Source of the DNA: a virus
Length of the DNA stretch: 64,000 nucleotides
IMG/VR virus record: IMGVR_UViG_3300028802_000007
Coordinates: 66,936 to 130,935 of that record
Strand: one strand, 5' to 3'
Of the stretch, positions 17,725 through 26,594 are shown piece by piece. Made by a program: the position numbers and the translations under genes. The notes under the pieces are model-generated. The model was not told where the DNA came from. It did not search any database and worked only from the letters and a program-made list of their open reading frames with translations. Numbering within the stretch: the stretch's first letter is position 1; the number at the start of each line of letters is the position of its first letter.

Positions 17725-17997
17725 TCACGTCGTCTCCTCGGTGTCAGGGGATCGGAGGGCGGCGTACTCGGCGAGCAGCGCCGTCACGAACGCGGCGGCG
17801 TTGTAGCGGTCAGGTTCCCATCGGTTCGGGTTCGTCTCTGCGACGAGGACCGCCCATGCGTTCGTCATGGTCCGAGCATCGAGCGGTGCCGCTTCTGCTG
17901 CTGCGTGTCTATCACTGTGTCCCGCTGGCAGGTCACACAGAGCGACCGTAGCGCGGCACTTCGGAACCTCTTGCGCCCGCAGCGCGGGGTCGGTCAT
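17725..17997 (-). CDS. hypothetical protein sharing modules with 17148-17603
   Basis: AAEAAPLD and EYAALRSPDTE; RBS GGAGG. Confidence 0.55.
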   Translation of the reverse strand: MTDPALRAQEVPKCRATVALCDLPAGHSDRHAAAEAAPLDARTMTNAWAVLVAETNPNRWEPDRYNAAAFVTALLAEYAALRSPDTEETT

Positions 17998-18398
17998 CGG
18001 TCGTTCCTCCAGCCGTGATGCCACATCTCCCTCGCGGCCATGTACACCCCCGGAGCTGAGGCGATGCAGAAGAAGACGAAGAAGGTCCAGATCGGGACAT
18101 GGACCCACCAGAAGGCGAAGCCCGCAGCAAGCATGAACGGCCAGGAGATGACCGCAGCCAGCATCACCCTGTCAGTCATGCTCGACCCCCATATGCACCA
18201 GCCTCGCCACGATCTCCTCGGCACAGACCATCGACCTGTTCAGACCGATGCCGTGCTCGCGCAGGATGGCGGCGGCCTCGCGCACTTGCAGTTCACGACG
18301 ACGGAGCCTGCGCTCGACGTCCTTGCACAGATGTGGCTGCACCTGGGCCGACATATGCACCTCAGCTCCGCACCTGACGCAGTAGCGCATCGGGTCTC

Positions 18399-18635
18399 TC
18401 ACCACAGCCTCCGCCTCTTCGTCTGTGGGAGGGGCATATGGAACCTCTCCCAGCGGTTCCGAAGATCGGCCATCCGACGATCCCACTCAGGCGTGTGAGC
18501 CACACCCTCCTTCTGCCTCTCGAGATAACGCGCCAGCAAGTCAATCTCCCTGTCCGTCAACGGCCCGCGTTCGGTGTACGGAACATCATCTGGGTCCACC
18601 GGCGGCCTGTACTGGCGCGAGATCTCATCAGTCAT
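18399..18635 (-). CDS. hypothetical protein, first gene of the leftward early block
   Basis: AAGGAGGTCAACCCATG start. Confidence 0.65.
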   Translation of the reverse strand: MTDEISRQYRPPVDPDDVPYTERGPLTDREIDLLARYLERQKEGVAHTPEWDRRMADLRNRWERFHMPLPQTKRRRLW

Positions 18636-18657
18636 GGGTTGACCTCCTTCTCGCCGT

Positions 18658-18686
18658 AGCATCGTGGGTTGGTACTAGGGTGTCAA
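18658..18686 (-). promoter_or_regulatory. sigma70-like promoter (leftward)
   Basis: TTGACA-N17-GATGCT just upstream of the 18635 start. Confidence 0.6.
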
Positions 18687-18943
18687 GGGCATATGGTGGT
18701 GGGTGGATGGATGGTTGTATGTGGTCGTATGCGAGATTTTGACCTCGCTCGACGCCGGGACAAGGCTCGCGGGAAGCGAGCGACCGGGGGGGGGCCGCCG
18801 GTGCCCAGCATGCCCTACAGGGCCTCTAGGATCAACGGAGACGGCTTCGGCCTCCACTGTGCGGAGAGGAGCCCGGTGTGACACCCTCCGGGCGACCTGG
18901 GGGCTCCTAGGCCCCTTGTAGGCGATATAGCTCTGGCGGCTAC

Positions 18944-18990
18944 CGTAGCATGCTACGCCTACCGTAGCAGGTGCTACGCAAGGTGCTACG
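18944..18990. repeat. cluster of five CGTAGC/GCTACG hexamers
   Basis: CGTAGC at 18944 and 18963; GCTACG at 18952, 18973, 18985. Confidence 0.75.
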
Positions 18991-19170
18991 GCGACCGCTG
19001 CGCTCCACTCAGCAGGATCAAACTCAGGCCCCTCCGCGAGGGTGCCGTCGGGGTAGCAACCTAGGAGCACTCTGGGTCGCGGCGACCTAGCAGCCTGACC
19101 CTCGTGAGGGCGGTCTGCCCCCGCGTCCCAGATCGACCTTGGTGACCCACCGTCACGAGGAGCGCCGTGC

Positions 19171-19200
19171 TTGACACCCCTGCCGTCCATCCCCGATACT
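19171..19200 (+). promoter_or_regulatory. sigma70-like promoter (rightward early)
   Basis: TTGACA-N18-GATACT upstream of the first plus-strand gene (ATG 19246). Confidence 0.55.
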
Positions 19201-19507
19201 GGTCGCAGACACCCCCTGTGCTGGGGTGACGCATGGAGGTCAACCATGACTCACAAGGCCCGTGTTATCGCGGCGAGCAAGGCCCGTCGCTACCCACCCT
19301 GCGACGACTGCGGCAAGGTCGTCGCCCTTGAGGGTCACGCCTGTGACCTCAAGCCCCTCGCCCGATGACCGCCATCCTCGACGCCATCGACCGCCTCCCG
19401 ACCATGGTCTGGGCGCTGGTCGTCATGCTGTCGGCGTGGGCCATCATCGCCTTCGCCTTCGCCCTGATGGTCGGCACCTACCTCGCCATCGGCGAACTGG
19501 TCGCGGC

Positions 19508-19963
19508 ATGACCACCTACAACGCAGCCTCCATCAACTGCGAGTGCGGACACCCGGGCATCGACGGCCACAACATGCGGCAGTCGCCCCCGGAGTGCCTG
19601 ACCCCCGGCTGCATCTGCGGCCTGTACGGTGCCACCGCTGACGGCTCGTCCGTCCATCGCGTGGGCCGCTGGGTGGTCCGCATCGCCCCTGAGCCCGCCG
19701 ACCTCTATCTGGGGACGGATCGGACTTGGACCCGCGAGCGGGCGACCTACGAGACGGGCACCATCGTTGAGGTCTACGACGCCAAGTACGTCGAGGGCTT
19801 CACCCCTCTGGGCCAGTTCGTCACCGCCTACGGTGCCCGGACCCTGACCGACTCAGCCGTCGGTCGTGGCACAGGGCTCATCCTCGACGGCGGTATCCCG
19901 GCATGGCGCATGAGCGCCGATGAGTTCACCACCGTCCTAGGGCTCATCGCCCGCTGGGGCTGA
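19508..19963 (+). CDS. hypothetical protein
   Basis: Start MTTYNAAS; stop codon is the first triplet of repeat copy 1. Confidence 0.65.
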   Translation: MTTYNAASINCECGHPGIDGHNMRQSPPECLTPGCICGLYGATADGSSVHRVGRWVVRIAPEPADLYLGTDRTWTRERATYETGTIVEVYDAKYVEGFTPLGQFVTAYGARTLTDSAVGRGTGLILDGGIPAWRMSADEFTTVLGLIARWG

Positions 19964-20016
19964 CCCTCACGGGTGCCCCCCACTGGGAGGCACCAGCGAG
20001 CGCCAGACAGGCACTC
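19961..20016 (+). repeat. cassette-boundary double-hairpin repeat, copy 1
   Basis: TGACCCTCACG-[GGTGCC..GGCACC]-AGCGAGCGCC-AGACA-GGCACTC. Confidence 0.9.
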
Positions 20017-20033
20017 AGGTAGCAGGAGGAAGC

Positions 20034-20627
20034 ATGAAGGTCTTGGTCGTCTGTGAGTACAGCGGGCGCGTCAGGGACGCGTTCAGGGCTGAGGGGCACG
20101 AGGCCATCTCGTGCGACCTCCTGCCCACTGAGGTCCCCGGGCCTCACATCATCGGGGACGCCCTTGAGGCGATCCGCGCTGAGAAGCCCGACCTCCTCAT
20201 CGCCCACCCGCCCTGCACCTACCTCGCCAACTCAGGCGTCCGGTGGCTGTACGGCGGCAAGGGCACCACCATCGACCCGGTCCGCTGGGCGCAGATGGTC
20301 GAGGGCGCGGCCTTCTTCAAGGCCCTCCTCAACGCCGACGTCCCGATGGTCGCGGTCGAGAACCCGGTGATGCACGGCTTCGCCCGGGACCTCATCGGCC
20401 AGCGGGCCAACCAGTTCATCCATCCGTGGCAGTTCGGCCACGGCGAGCAGAAGTCCACAGGGCTCTGGCTCCGTGGTCTGCCCCTCCTGACCCCGACCGA
20501 CGTGGTCGAGGGCCGGGAGCAGCGGGTCTGGCGGATGGGTCCGTCGGCTGACCGCTGGAAGGAACGCAGCCGCACGTTCAGCGGCATCGCGGCTGCCATG
20601 GCAGCCCAGTGGGGAGGTCAGCGATGA
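20034..20627 (+). CDS. short phage-type DNA cytosine methyltransferase
   Basis: KVLVVCEYSGRVRDAF, SCDLLP, LLIAHPPCTYL (catalytic PC), AVENP, RSRTFSGIAAAMAAQWG. Confidence 0.8.
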   Translation: MKVLVVCEYSGRVRDAFRAEGHEAISCDLLPTEVPGPHIIGDALEAIRAEKPDLLIAHPPCTYLANSGVRWLYGGKGTTIDPVRWAQMVEGAAFFKALLNADVPMVAVENPVMHGFARDLIGQRANQFIHPWQFGHGEQKSTGLWLRGLPLLTPTDVVEGREQRVWRMGPSADRWKERSRTFSGIAAAMAAQWGGQR

Positions 20628-20893
20628 CTGAGGACATCAACGCCATCCGGGCGAGGAACGAGGCCAACCGCGAGGCCCACAGGGTCGCGGCGCTGGCACG
20701 GCAGGAGGCCTACCGGGCCTCCCCTGAGTACAGGGAGGCCAGGTTGGCGCGGATCAACTCTGGCCTGTGCGTCATCGATGACGACCAGTGCGTCACCCAC
20801 GGGGTCCCCGGCGACTTCGGCCACTACCTCGACACCCGCCCCGCTGAGGACCGGGGCCACAACCCGGTCAGCGGCATCGCCTACAACGACTGA
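20624..20893 (+). CDS. hypothetical protein
   Basis: ATGA-coupled; stop is in repeat copy 2. Confidence 0.65.
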   Translation: MTEDINAIRARNEANREAHRVAALARQEAYRASPEYREARLARINSGLCVIDDDQCVTHGVPGDFGHYLDTRPAEDRGHNPVSGIAYND

Positions 20894-20945
20894 CCCTCAC
20901 GGGAGCCCTGACCTCAGGGCTCCAGCGAGCGCCAGACAGGCACTC
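20891..20945 (+). repeat. cassette-boundary repeat, copy 2
   Basis: Stem GGAGCCCTG/CAGGGCTCC. Confidence 0.9.
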
Positions 20946-20960
20946 AAGAAGGAGAAGAGC

Positions 20961-21320
20961 ATGGCACTCACCAAGTCCGATCTGGAACGGGCCATCGAGG
21001 ACGAGCGCCGTCAGGGCACCGTCGGATACAACGAGGGCGATGGCCGCAGCCAGCGGCTCCGGGCCAAGGGCGCGACCATCGTGGTCCGCGAGGCCAACGC
21101 CAAGGGCTGGTCGTACGACGACCTCGTCCTCTGGGTGGACTCCAAGTACGGGCGCTGGTTCTGGGACAGCCTGTACGGCTGCGACGACCCTGAGGGCGCG
21201 GCCCGGGCGGTCACCCTCGACTGGGTCGAGCCCGGGGAAGGCGACTACGTCTACGACCCGACTCCCTACACCGTGGCGGTCGCCCGCAGTGGTGAGTGGG
21301 GCTCGCAGCGACCTCGCTGA
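20961..21320 (+). CDS. hypothetical protein
   Basis: RBS AAGGAG supplied after the repeat; stop is in copy 3. Confidence 0.7.
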   Translation: MALTKSDLERAIEDERRQGTVGYNEGDGRSQRLRAKGATIVVREANAKGWSYDDLVLWVDSKYGRWFWDSLYGCDDPEGAARAVTLDWVEPGEGDYVYDPTPYTVAVARSGEWGSQRPR

Positions 21321-21374
21321 CCCTCACGGGAGGCCCACGAGCTTGGGCCTCCGGCGAGCGCCAGATGGGCACTC
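21318..21374 (+). repeat. cassette-boundary repeat, copy 3
   Basis: Stem GGAGGCCCA/TGGGCCTCC. Confidence 0.9.
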
Positions 21375-21558
21375 TAGAAGGAGAACAGATGGACAGCCAG
21401 AACGGAGTCTCCGCTCTGATCCTGACGCCTCAGGACCGTCGCGACCTACAGGCCGCACTGGTCGAGGCCATCGACACCGCCGACACGACGGCGGACTACA
21501 ACAGCCCTCAGGTCGCCCGCTGGGTGGCCCTCATCAACCTCATCGAGGAGGGCAACAA

Positions 21559-21984
21559 GTGAGCACCGGAGCCGACTGCCAGTTCAAGGAGGTCACACCG
21601 GGCCGCTGGTCGTACGCCCTTCAGGAGTGGCCCTACGGCGACTCGAACGAGTACACCTCGTACGGACCCTTCGCCTCGTTCGCGATCGCGCGGGACCACC
21701 TCGACCAGAACCACGCCAACCCGGGCGGCTGGATGACCACCATCCATCCGACAGGCCACGTCCACGAGTGGACGACCGACCGTGGTGCCTACGTCCCGGC
21801 GGGCGTGGTGGTCACCATCCGCGTCGAGTCGCTGGGTCAGGACCCGACGCCTGAGGCCCTCCTGAAGTTGATCACCAAGAAAGGTGCCCTGACCACTGAC
21901 CACCTCAGCATCAGGCCTGAGACGCGCTACGACATGAACGCCAAGGTCACGTCCTGCGAGTCCTGCAACCAGCAGAAGCCCTGA
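21559..21984 (+). CDS. hypothetical protein
   Basis: GTGA-coupled to small ORF 21389-21562; stop is in copy 4. Confidence 0.6.
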   Translation: MSTGADCQFKEVTPGRWSYALQEWPYGDSNEYTSYGPFASFAIARDHLDQNHANPGGWMTTIHPTGHVHEWTTDRGAYVPAGVVVTIRVESLGQDPTPEALLKLITKKGALTTDHLSIRPETRYDMNAKVTSCESCNQQKP

Positions 21985-22037
21985 CCCTCACGGCTGGCCC
22001 CCACTGGGAGCCAGCAGCGAGTGCCAGATGGGTGCTC
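21982..22037 (+). repeat. cassette-boundary repeat, copy 4
   Basis: Stem GCTGGC..GCCAGC. Confidence 0.9.
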
Positions 22038-22056
22038 TAGCAACAGGAGGTCAACC

Positions 22057-22563
22057 ATGGCAAGCAAGTACCCCGACGTCGGGTCCTACAAGGCCTCGCC
22101 GGACAACCGCGACATCGCCCGTCGGGTCGAGTGCGACTTCGTCGCCAGCGGATCGGGCTCCTACTACAGCCGCGCATGCTCCAACCTCGCGGCGTGGGTC
22201 AGGGTCTACCGCCACAAGGACGGCACGGTCACCACGACCAGCGACCTCCGGTGCCACCGCCACCGCGCCATCGATGAGCGCACCGCCACCAACCGCAAGT
22301 GGTCGAGCCAGTTCAACGCCGACGGCTCGTCCAACCTCATGTTCCCCCAGTTCGACCCGTTCGACGGGATGGCTGCGGCCAAGCGTCTGATCCGCGAGGA
22401 ACAGGCCAGGTTGCAGGAGGCCCGCCTCGCGGCCATCAGCGAGAAGGTCGCGGAGGCCGCCGCCTACATCACAGCCCACATCGTCGGGCTGGACGAGGAG
22501 ACGGTCGGCTCCCTCAACGCCATCCACGCCATGGCGACCCTTGGAACGCTGGTGGTCCGGTGA
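22057..22563 (+). CDS. hypothetical protein
   Basis: AGGAGGTCAACCATG start. Confidence 0.7.
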   Translation: MASKYPDVGSYKASPDNRDIARRVECDFVASGSGSYYSRACSNLAAWVRVYRHKDGTVTTTSDLRCHRHRAIDERTATNRKWSSQFNADGSSNLMFPQFDPFDGMAAAKRLIREEQARLQEARLAAISEKVAEAAAYITAHIVGLDEETVGSLNAIHAMATLGTLVVR

Positions 22564-22853
22564 CCGCCGAAGAGGTCAGGGCTCGCTACCTCATCAGCGA
22601 GGCAGCTTGGGCGACCATGCGGGCGGTGACGCTCGAGGTCCACGACGTCACAGGCGAGGTCGTGGCCCTCGCCGTCCGGGGCGTGCCCTCGTTCTCAGAG
22701 CCTCAGGGCGAGGACAGCGACGAGTTCTTCTACGACGTGGACTGGCTCCAGTGGTTCAAGTTCGCCTACCCCGGTCGGAGCATCGTCGGGTCGATGGCTC
22801 CCGTTGATCAGGACACGGAGGAGGCGTTCGTCTGGTTCATCGCTCTGGACTGA
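22560..22853 (+). CDS. hypothetical protein
   Basis: GTGA-coupled; stop is in copy 5. Confidence 0.6.
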   Translation: MTAEEVRARYLISEAAWATMRAVTLEVHDVTGEVVALAVRGVPSFSEPQGEDSDEFFYDVDWLQWFKFAYPGRSIVGSMAPVDQDTEEAFVWFIALD

Positions 22854-22904
22854 CCCTCACGGCTGGGGCTGACGGCCCCAGCAGCGAGTGCCAGATGGGC
22901 GCTT
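22851..22904 (+). repeat. cassette-boundary repeat, copy 5
   Basis: Stem GCTGGGGC/GCCCCAGC. Confidence 0.9.
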
Positions 22905-22924
22905 GGGATCGCAGGAGGTCAACC

Positions 22925-23311
22925 ATGGACAAGGCACAGGTCAAGGTCATCCACGAAGAGGTCAGCGAGGCCATCAGGACCGTCTACGCCAAGCACGGCC
23001 TGACCATCACCAGCGACCGCGCCTCCTACGGCGAGGCGGAGTTCAACATCAGCGTCAAGGCCATCAGCACCAAGGCTGAGGATCAGGCCAAGACGTGGGC
23101 ACAGTACGCACCGGTCTACGGCCTCCCCGTCGATGGCTTCGGTCAGTTGGTCACCATCAACCGCCAGCAGTACGTCATCACCGGGCTCGACCTGAACCGT
23201 CGAGGCTACGTCGTCCGGGTGAAGAACCTAGGCACCGGCAAGGTCAGCCTGTTCAAGGCCGATGCGATCCGGCGGGCACTCGCCCTCATCGACATCAGCA
23301 GCCCCGCCTGA
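22925..23311 (+). CDS. hypothetical protein
   Basis: AGGAGGTCAACCATG start; stop is in copy 6. Confidence 0.75.
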   Translation: MDKAQVKVIHEEVSEAIRTVYAKHGLTITSDRASYGEAEFNISVKAISTKAEDQAKTWAQYAPVYGLPVDGFGQLVTINRQQYVITGLDLNRRGYVVRVKNLGTGKVSLFKADAIRRALALIDISSPA

Positions 23312-23364
23312 CCCTCACGGCTGAGGCCTCGCCGGCCTCAGCAGCGAGCGCCATGTCGGCACTC
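23309..23364 (+). repeat. cassette-boundary repeat, copy 6
   Basis: Stem GCTGAGGCC/GGCCTCAGC. Confidence 0.9.
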
Positions 23365-23382
23365 AAGTACAGGAGGTCAACC

Positions 23383-23625
23383 ATGAGCCCCATCGAACTG
23401 GCAGAGCGTCTGGGCCAGAGCCCCGACCTCGACAACCGGGCAACAGGTGTCGCCATCATCGTGCGCGGCCTGTGCGACGACGACGGCGATCGCATGGGCT
23501 GGCCGATGACCGCAGCGGTCGTGGCCCGTGCGGCCAAGCACATCGGTGTCGAGCCCACAGCCGAGCTGGTGGAGGCGGTCCTCGAGCTCGCCCCGATCCT
23601 GCCCGACTTCTACCTCAACCGATGA
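23383..23625 (+). CDS. hypothetical protein
   Basis: AGGAGGTCAACCATG start. Confidence 0.65.
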   Translation: MSPIELAERLGQSPDLDNRATGVAIIVRGLCDDDGDRMGWPMTAAVVARAAKHIGVEPTAELVEAVLELAPILPDFYLNR

Positions 23626-24040
23626 TGAACGACGTCAGCCTGGTCGGGCACTGCCCGGACTGCGACTTCAACCTCGACGGCGGTGGCAACGAGGACTGCG
23701 AGACGTGCGCCGCAGAGCCCGCCTTTGTCACCGTGGTCGAGGCGGTGGACCGCGACATCGTCGTGGTCATCATCGCCTTCGACTCAGGCCGCGACCTCAA
23801 GGACAACCGCATCCTCAACTACCTCGTGGATCGGTGGCCGAACCACCGACCTCTGGCCGTCCAGATGGACGGCTCCGTCATCACCGTGACCGACGCCGGG
23901 TTCGTCGCCATCCTCGACCTGAACATCGGAGGCTGACGTGCCTGACCGCGAGGAGCTCCCGGCTGGCCCGACCAACGCTGCCGCTGAGGTGTGGTACGAA
24001 CTCCAGCGGCGCATCCAACAGCATCTACCTGTACCTGGGG

Positions 24041-24069
24041 TTGACACCCCGGCGGCCAAGCCTCAGACT
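24041..24069 (+). promoter_or_regulatory. possible internal sigma70-like promoter
   Basis: TTGACA-N17-CAGACT; shares TTGACACCC with the promoters at 19171 and 18686. Confidence 0.45.
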
Positions 24070-24245
24070 CACGAGGTGAGGTCAACCGACGAACTCGAAG
24101 ACGAGCCCGTGTGCGAGCACGTCCACGTCGAGAAGGACGACGACGGCGAGTTCGCCCGCCGGTTCTTCTGCCTCGACTGTCAGCAACAGGTCGTCCCGGG
24201 CGAGCCCGACGAAGACGGCGAGTCATTCTGGGAGGAGGTCAACTG

Positions 24246-24578
24246 ATGCCCATCATCATCGACGGCAACGTCACGGTCAGCGTCAAGACCCTCAAGATGC
24301 ACGAGGGTCACGCCATCAAGGTCCACACCATCGACGGTCGGACGGGCCTGTACTGCGTCGATGACGGCATCATCGAGCAGGAGCCCAAGCCCTCCACCTC
24401 GCTGTGGTGCGGCTGCCCGGATCGGGCCGAACATGACGAGGGTGTCGCCCTCCAGACCCAGTTCCGCAAGCAGTACCGCATCCCCAAGTCGTCGTGCGTC
24501 GGCTGCTATCTGGGCGACGACGGACCGTCGATGCACTCCTGCTACATCCACGCAGAGAAGGATTGGCCCACAGCCTGA
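24246..24578 (+). CDS. Cys/His-rich hypothetical protein
   Basis: GGAGGTCAACTGATG start; stop is in copy 7. Confidence 0.65.
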   Translation: MPIIIDGNVTVSVKTLKMHEGHAIKVHTIDGRTGLYCVDDGIIEQEPKPSTSLWCGCPDRAEHDEGVALQTQFRKQYRIPKSSCVGCYLGDDGPSMHSCYIHAEKDWPTA

Positions 24579-24635
24579 CCCTCACCCCAGCCGCTGATTG
24601 ACCCAGCGGCTGGAGCGAGCGCCAGATTGGCACTC
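24576..24635 (+). repeat. cassette-boundary repeat, copy 7
   Basis: Stem CCAGCCGCTG/CAGCGGCTGG. Confidence 0.9.
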
Positions 24636-24653
24636 ATCAACAGGAGGTCAGCC

Positions 24654-25220
24654 ATGGCCGAAGCCACCATCACCTACAAGGTGCCTCACTTCAAGGGCAC
24701 AGCGGCACTCGACCGCTACGGCGACTACGACGGCAACGTCCTGCTCCAGGCACTGGTCAGCGGCGACGGACCGGCGGTGGATCAGTTCCTCGCGGAACTC
24801 GCCATCAAGCAGAACGAGGAGTTCGACCGGACCGACGCCCGGTACGCCTATCAGGCCAAGGTCATCGAGGCCATCGACCCAATCATCGCAGCGACCAGCC
24901 TCACGGGCTTCAAGGCCTACGCCAACACCGACCCCAAGACGCGCTACCGCCGACCGAAGATCACCAAGGAGGGCGAGGGCTGCCAAGCTGGCTACTGCGA
25001 CCTCGCGGCCAAGTACCGGCTGCCCGATCCGCAGGAAGGCAACGACTGGGAGGCCTACACCCTCGCGTGCCAGAAGCACGCCATCAAGAGCATCAACAGC
25101 CGCGCTGACTTTGTGGCGAAGGGTGGGGTAGCGCCTCTCCGTCACGTCTACCTGACCAGCGACCAGCATCGCACCATCACTGATGCGATCCGCGAGGGCC
25201 TCAAGACCGTCAAGGCCTGA
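24654..25220 (+). CDS. hypothetical protein
   Basis: AGGAGGTCAGCCATG start; stop is in copy 8. Confidence 0.75.
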   Translation: MAEATITYKVPHFKGTAALDRYGDYDGNVLLQALVSGDGPAVDQFLAELAIKQNEEFDRTDARYAYQAKVIEAIDPIIAATSLTGFKAYANTDPKTRYRRPKITKEGEGCQAGYCDLAAKYRLPDPQEGNDWEAYTLACQKHAIKSINSRADFVAKGGVAPLRHVYLTSDQHRTITDAIREGLKTVKA

Positions 25221-25273
25221 CCCTCACGCCAGCCCCCGGGCCGGGGGCTGGAGCGAGCGCCAGACTGGCACTC
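25218..25273 (+). repeat. cassette-boundary repeat, copy 8
   Basis: Stem CCAGCCCCC/GGGGGCTGG. Confidence 0.9.
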
Positions 25274-25288
25274 AACAAGGAGGTCGCC

Positions 25289-25648
25289 ATGGGCATCACC
25301 TACGAAGAGGTGGACAAGTACTGGGACTCGACCATCGCCCGCCTCAAGGCGGAGTTCCCGGCGGAGTGGAGCATCACCGGCTACAAGGGCCATGGCACCC
25401 GCGACGGCGTGGCCTGGGTCGCCAAGCTGCGCCGCAACGGCAAGGTCGTCGGCTCTCTCGAAGACTCCGGTGTCGGTGGGTCGGTCTTCATCGACTTCTG
25501 GACGAAGGTCGGCAACTCCATCGACTACGGCCACAACAGCGAGGACGCCAAGGCGTGGGCCGCTGCGATCGCAGCCGCGCTGCCCGACGAGAAGATCGAG
25601 CCTGACCAGATGGTCATCGAGGCCCTCCTCCAGCGAGCCGGCAAGTGA
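25289..25648 (+). CDS. hypothetical protein
   Basis: AAGGAGG RBS after repeat copy 8. Confidence 0.7.
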   Translation: MGITYEEVDKYWDSTIARLKAEFPAEWSITGYKGHGTRDGVAWVAKLRRNGKVVGSLEDSGVGGSVFIDFWTKVGNSIDYGHNSEDAKAWAAAIAAALPDEKIEPDQMVIEALLQRAGK

Positions 25649-26337
25649 AGGTTCTCGACCTCTACTCCGGTCTGGGCGGCTGGTCACAGCCAGCCCTCGA
25701 CGCCGGTCACGAGGTGGTCAGGGTCGAGTGGGACAAGCGCCTCGCGGCTGAGGTGCCCAACACCATTCAGGCCGACATCACCGAACTGACGGCGACCGAT
25801 CTCCTCAACATGTGCGACGGCAAGCCCGACCTGATCCTCGCCTCGCCTCCCTGCGAGTCGTGGTCGGTCATGGTCCTGTCACGCAACTGGTTCCCCGACT
25901 ACACACCCAAGAGCCAGCGTGCGGTCGAGGCCATCCTCATGGTCAGCCACACACTGGAGTTGATCCACCAGCTCGACCCTGCCTTCTGGGTCATGGAGAA
26001 CCCACGCGGCATGATGCGGAAGCATCCGGTGGTCGCCGGGCTGGAGCGTCGGACCATCACCTACTGCCACTACGGCGAGCAGCGCATGAAGCCGACCGAT
26101 CTGTGGTCGGACCGCTGGCCCGCCAGCCTCACCCTCGCACCGGCGTGCAAGAACGGCGACCCCTGTCACGTCCGCGCACCTCGCGGCTCGATGACCGGGA
26201 CCCAGGGCATGAAGGGCGACCGCAACGGCTACTGGACGAAGTCCCTCATCCCGTACCCGCTGGCACGCGACGTCACCGACGCCGTCTGCCGCGACCTAGA
26301 GGCGGGCCACGTCGGCTCCAACCTCACGCTCTGGTAA
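25645..26337 (+). CDS. DNA cytosine (C5) methyltransferase
   Basis: KVLDLYSGLGGWS (motif I), ADI, LILASPPCESWS (motif IV), VMENPRG (motif VI). Confidence 0.85.
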   Translation: MKVLDLYSGLGGWSQPALDAGHEVVRVEWDKRLAAEVPNTIQADITELTATDLLNMCDGKPDLILASPPCESWSVMVLSRNWFPDYTPKSQRAVEAILMVSHTLELIHQLDPAFWVMENPRGMMRKHPVVAGLERRTITYCHYGEQRMKPTDLWSDRWPASLTLAPACKNGDPCHVRAPRGSMTGTQGMKGDRNGYWTKSLIPYPLARDVTDAVCRDLEAGHVGSNLTLW

Positions 26338-26348
26338 GGAGGTCAACC

Positions 26349-26594
26349 ATGGCTATCACGATGCGCTCGTCTGATCGCGCTGAGGTCATCCGCGAGATGG
26401 CCCGGGAGCTCCTCGCGAAGGCGGACTTACTGGACGGCACCTCGCCGTGCGTCTGCGGACACCTCCGCCAGAACCACGATCCGGCGGGCTGGAACGAGGG
26501 CTGGTGCAGCGGTGCCCAGACCACGCGGCGACCCAAGAACCAGATCATCGCCGCCGACGGCGACTGCAAGTGCGAGGAGTTCGAGGCATGGTGA
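26349..26594 (+). CDS. Cys/His-rich hypothetical protein
   Basis: AGGAGGTCAACCATG start; CVCGH...H...C...CKC. Confidence 0.6.
   Translation: MAITMRSSDRAEVIREMARELLAKADLLDGTSPCVCGHLRQNHDPAGWNEGWCSGAQTTRRPKNQIIAADGDCKCEEFEAW

Noticed and set aside
19961-25273. Repeats as a CRISPR array, integron attC array or hammerhead ribozymes
   Set aside because: Spacers are 0.4-1.2 kb whole genes and no cas genes are present. There is no tyrosine integrase or RYYYAAC/GTTRRRY box, and no hammerhead CUGAnGA...GAAA core.
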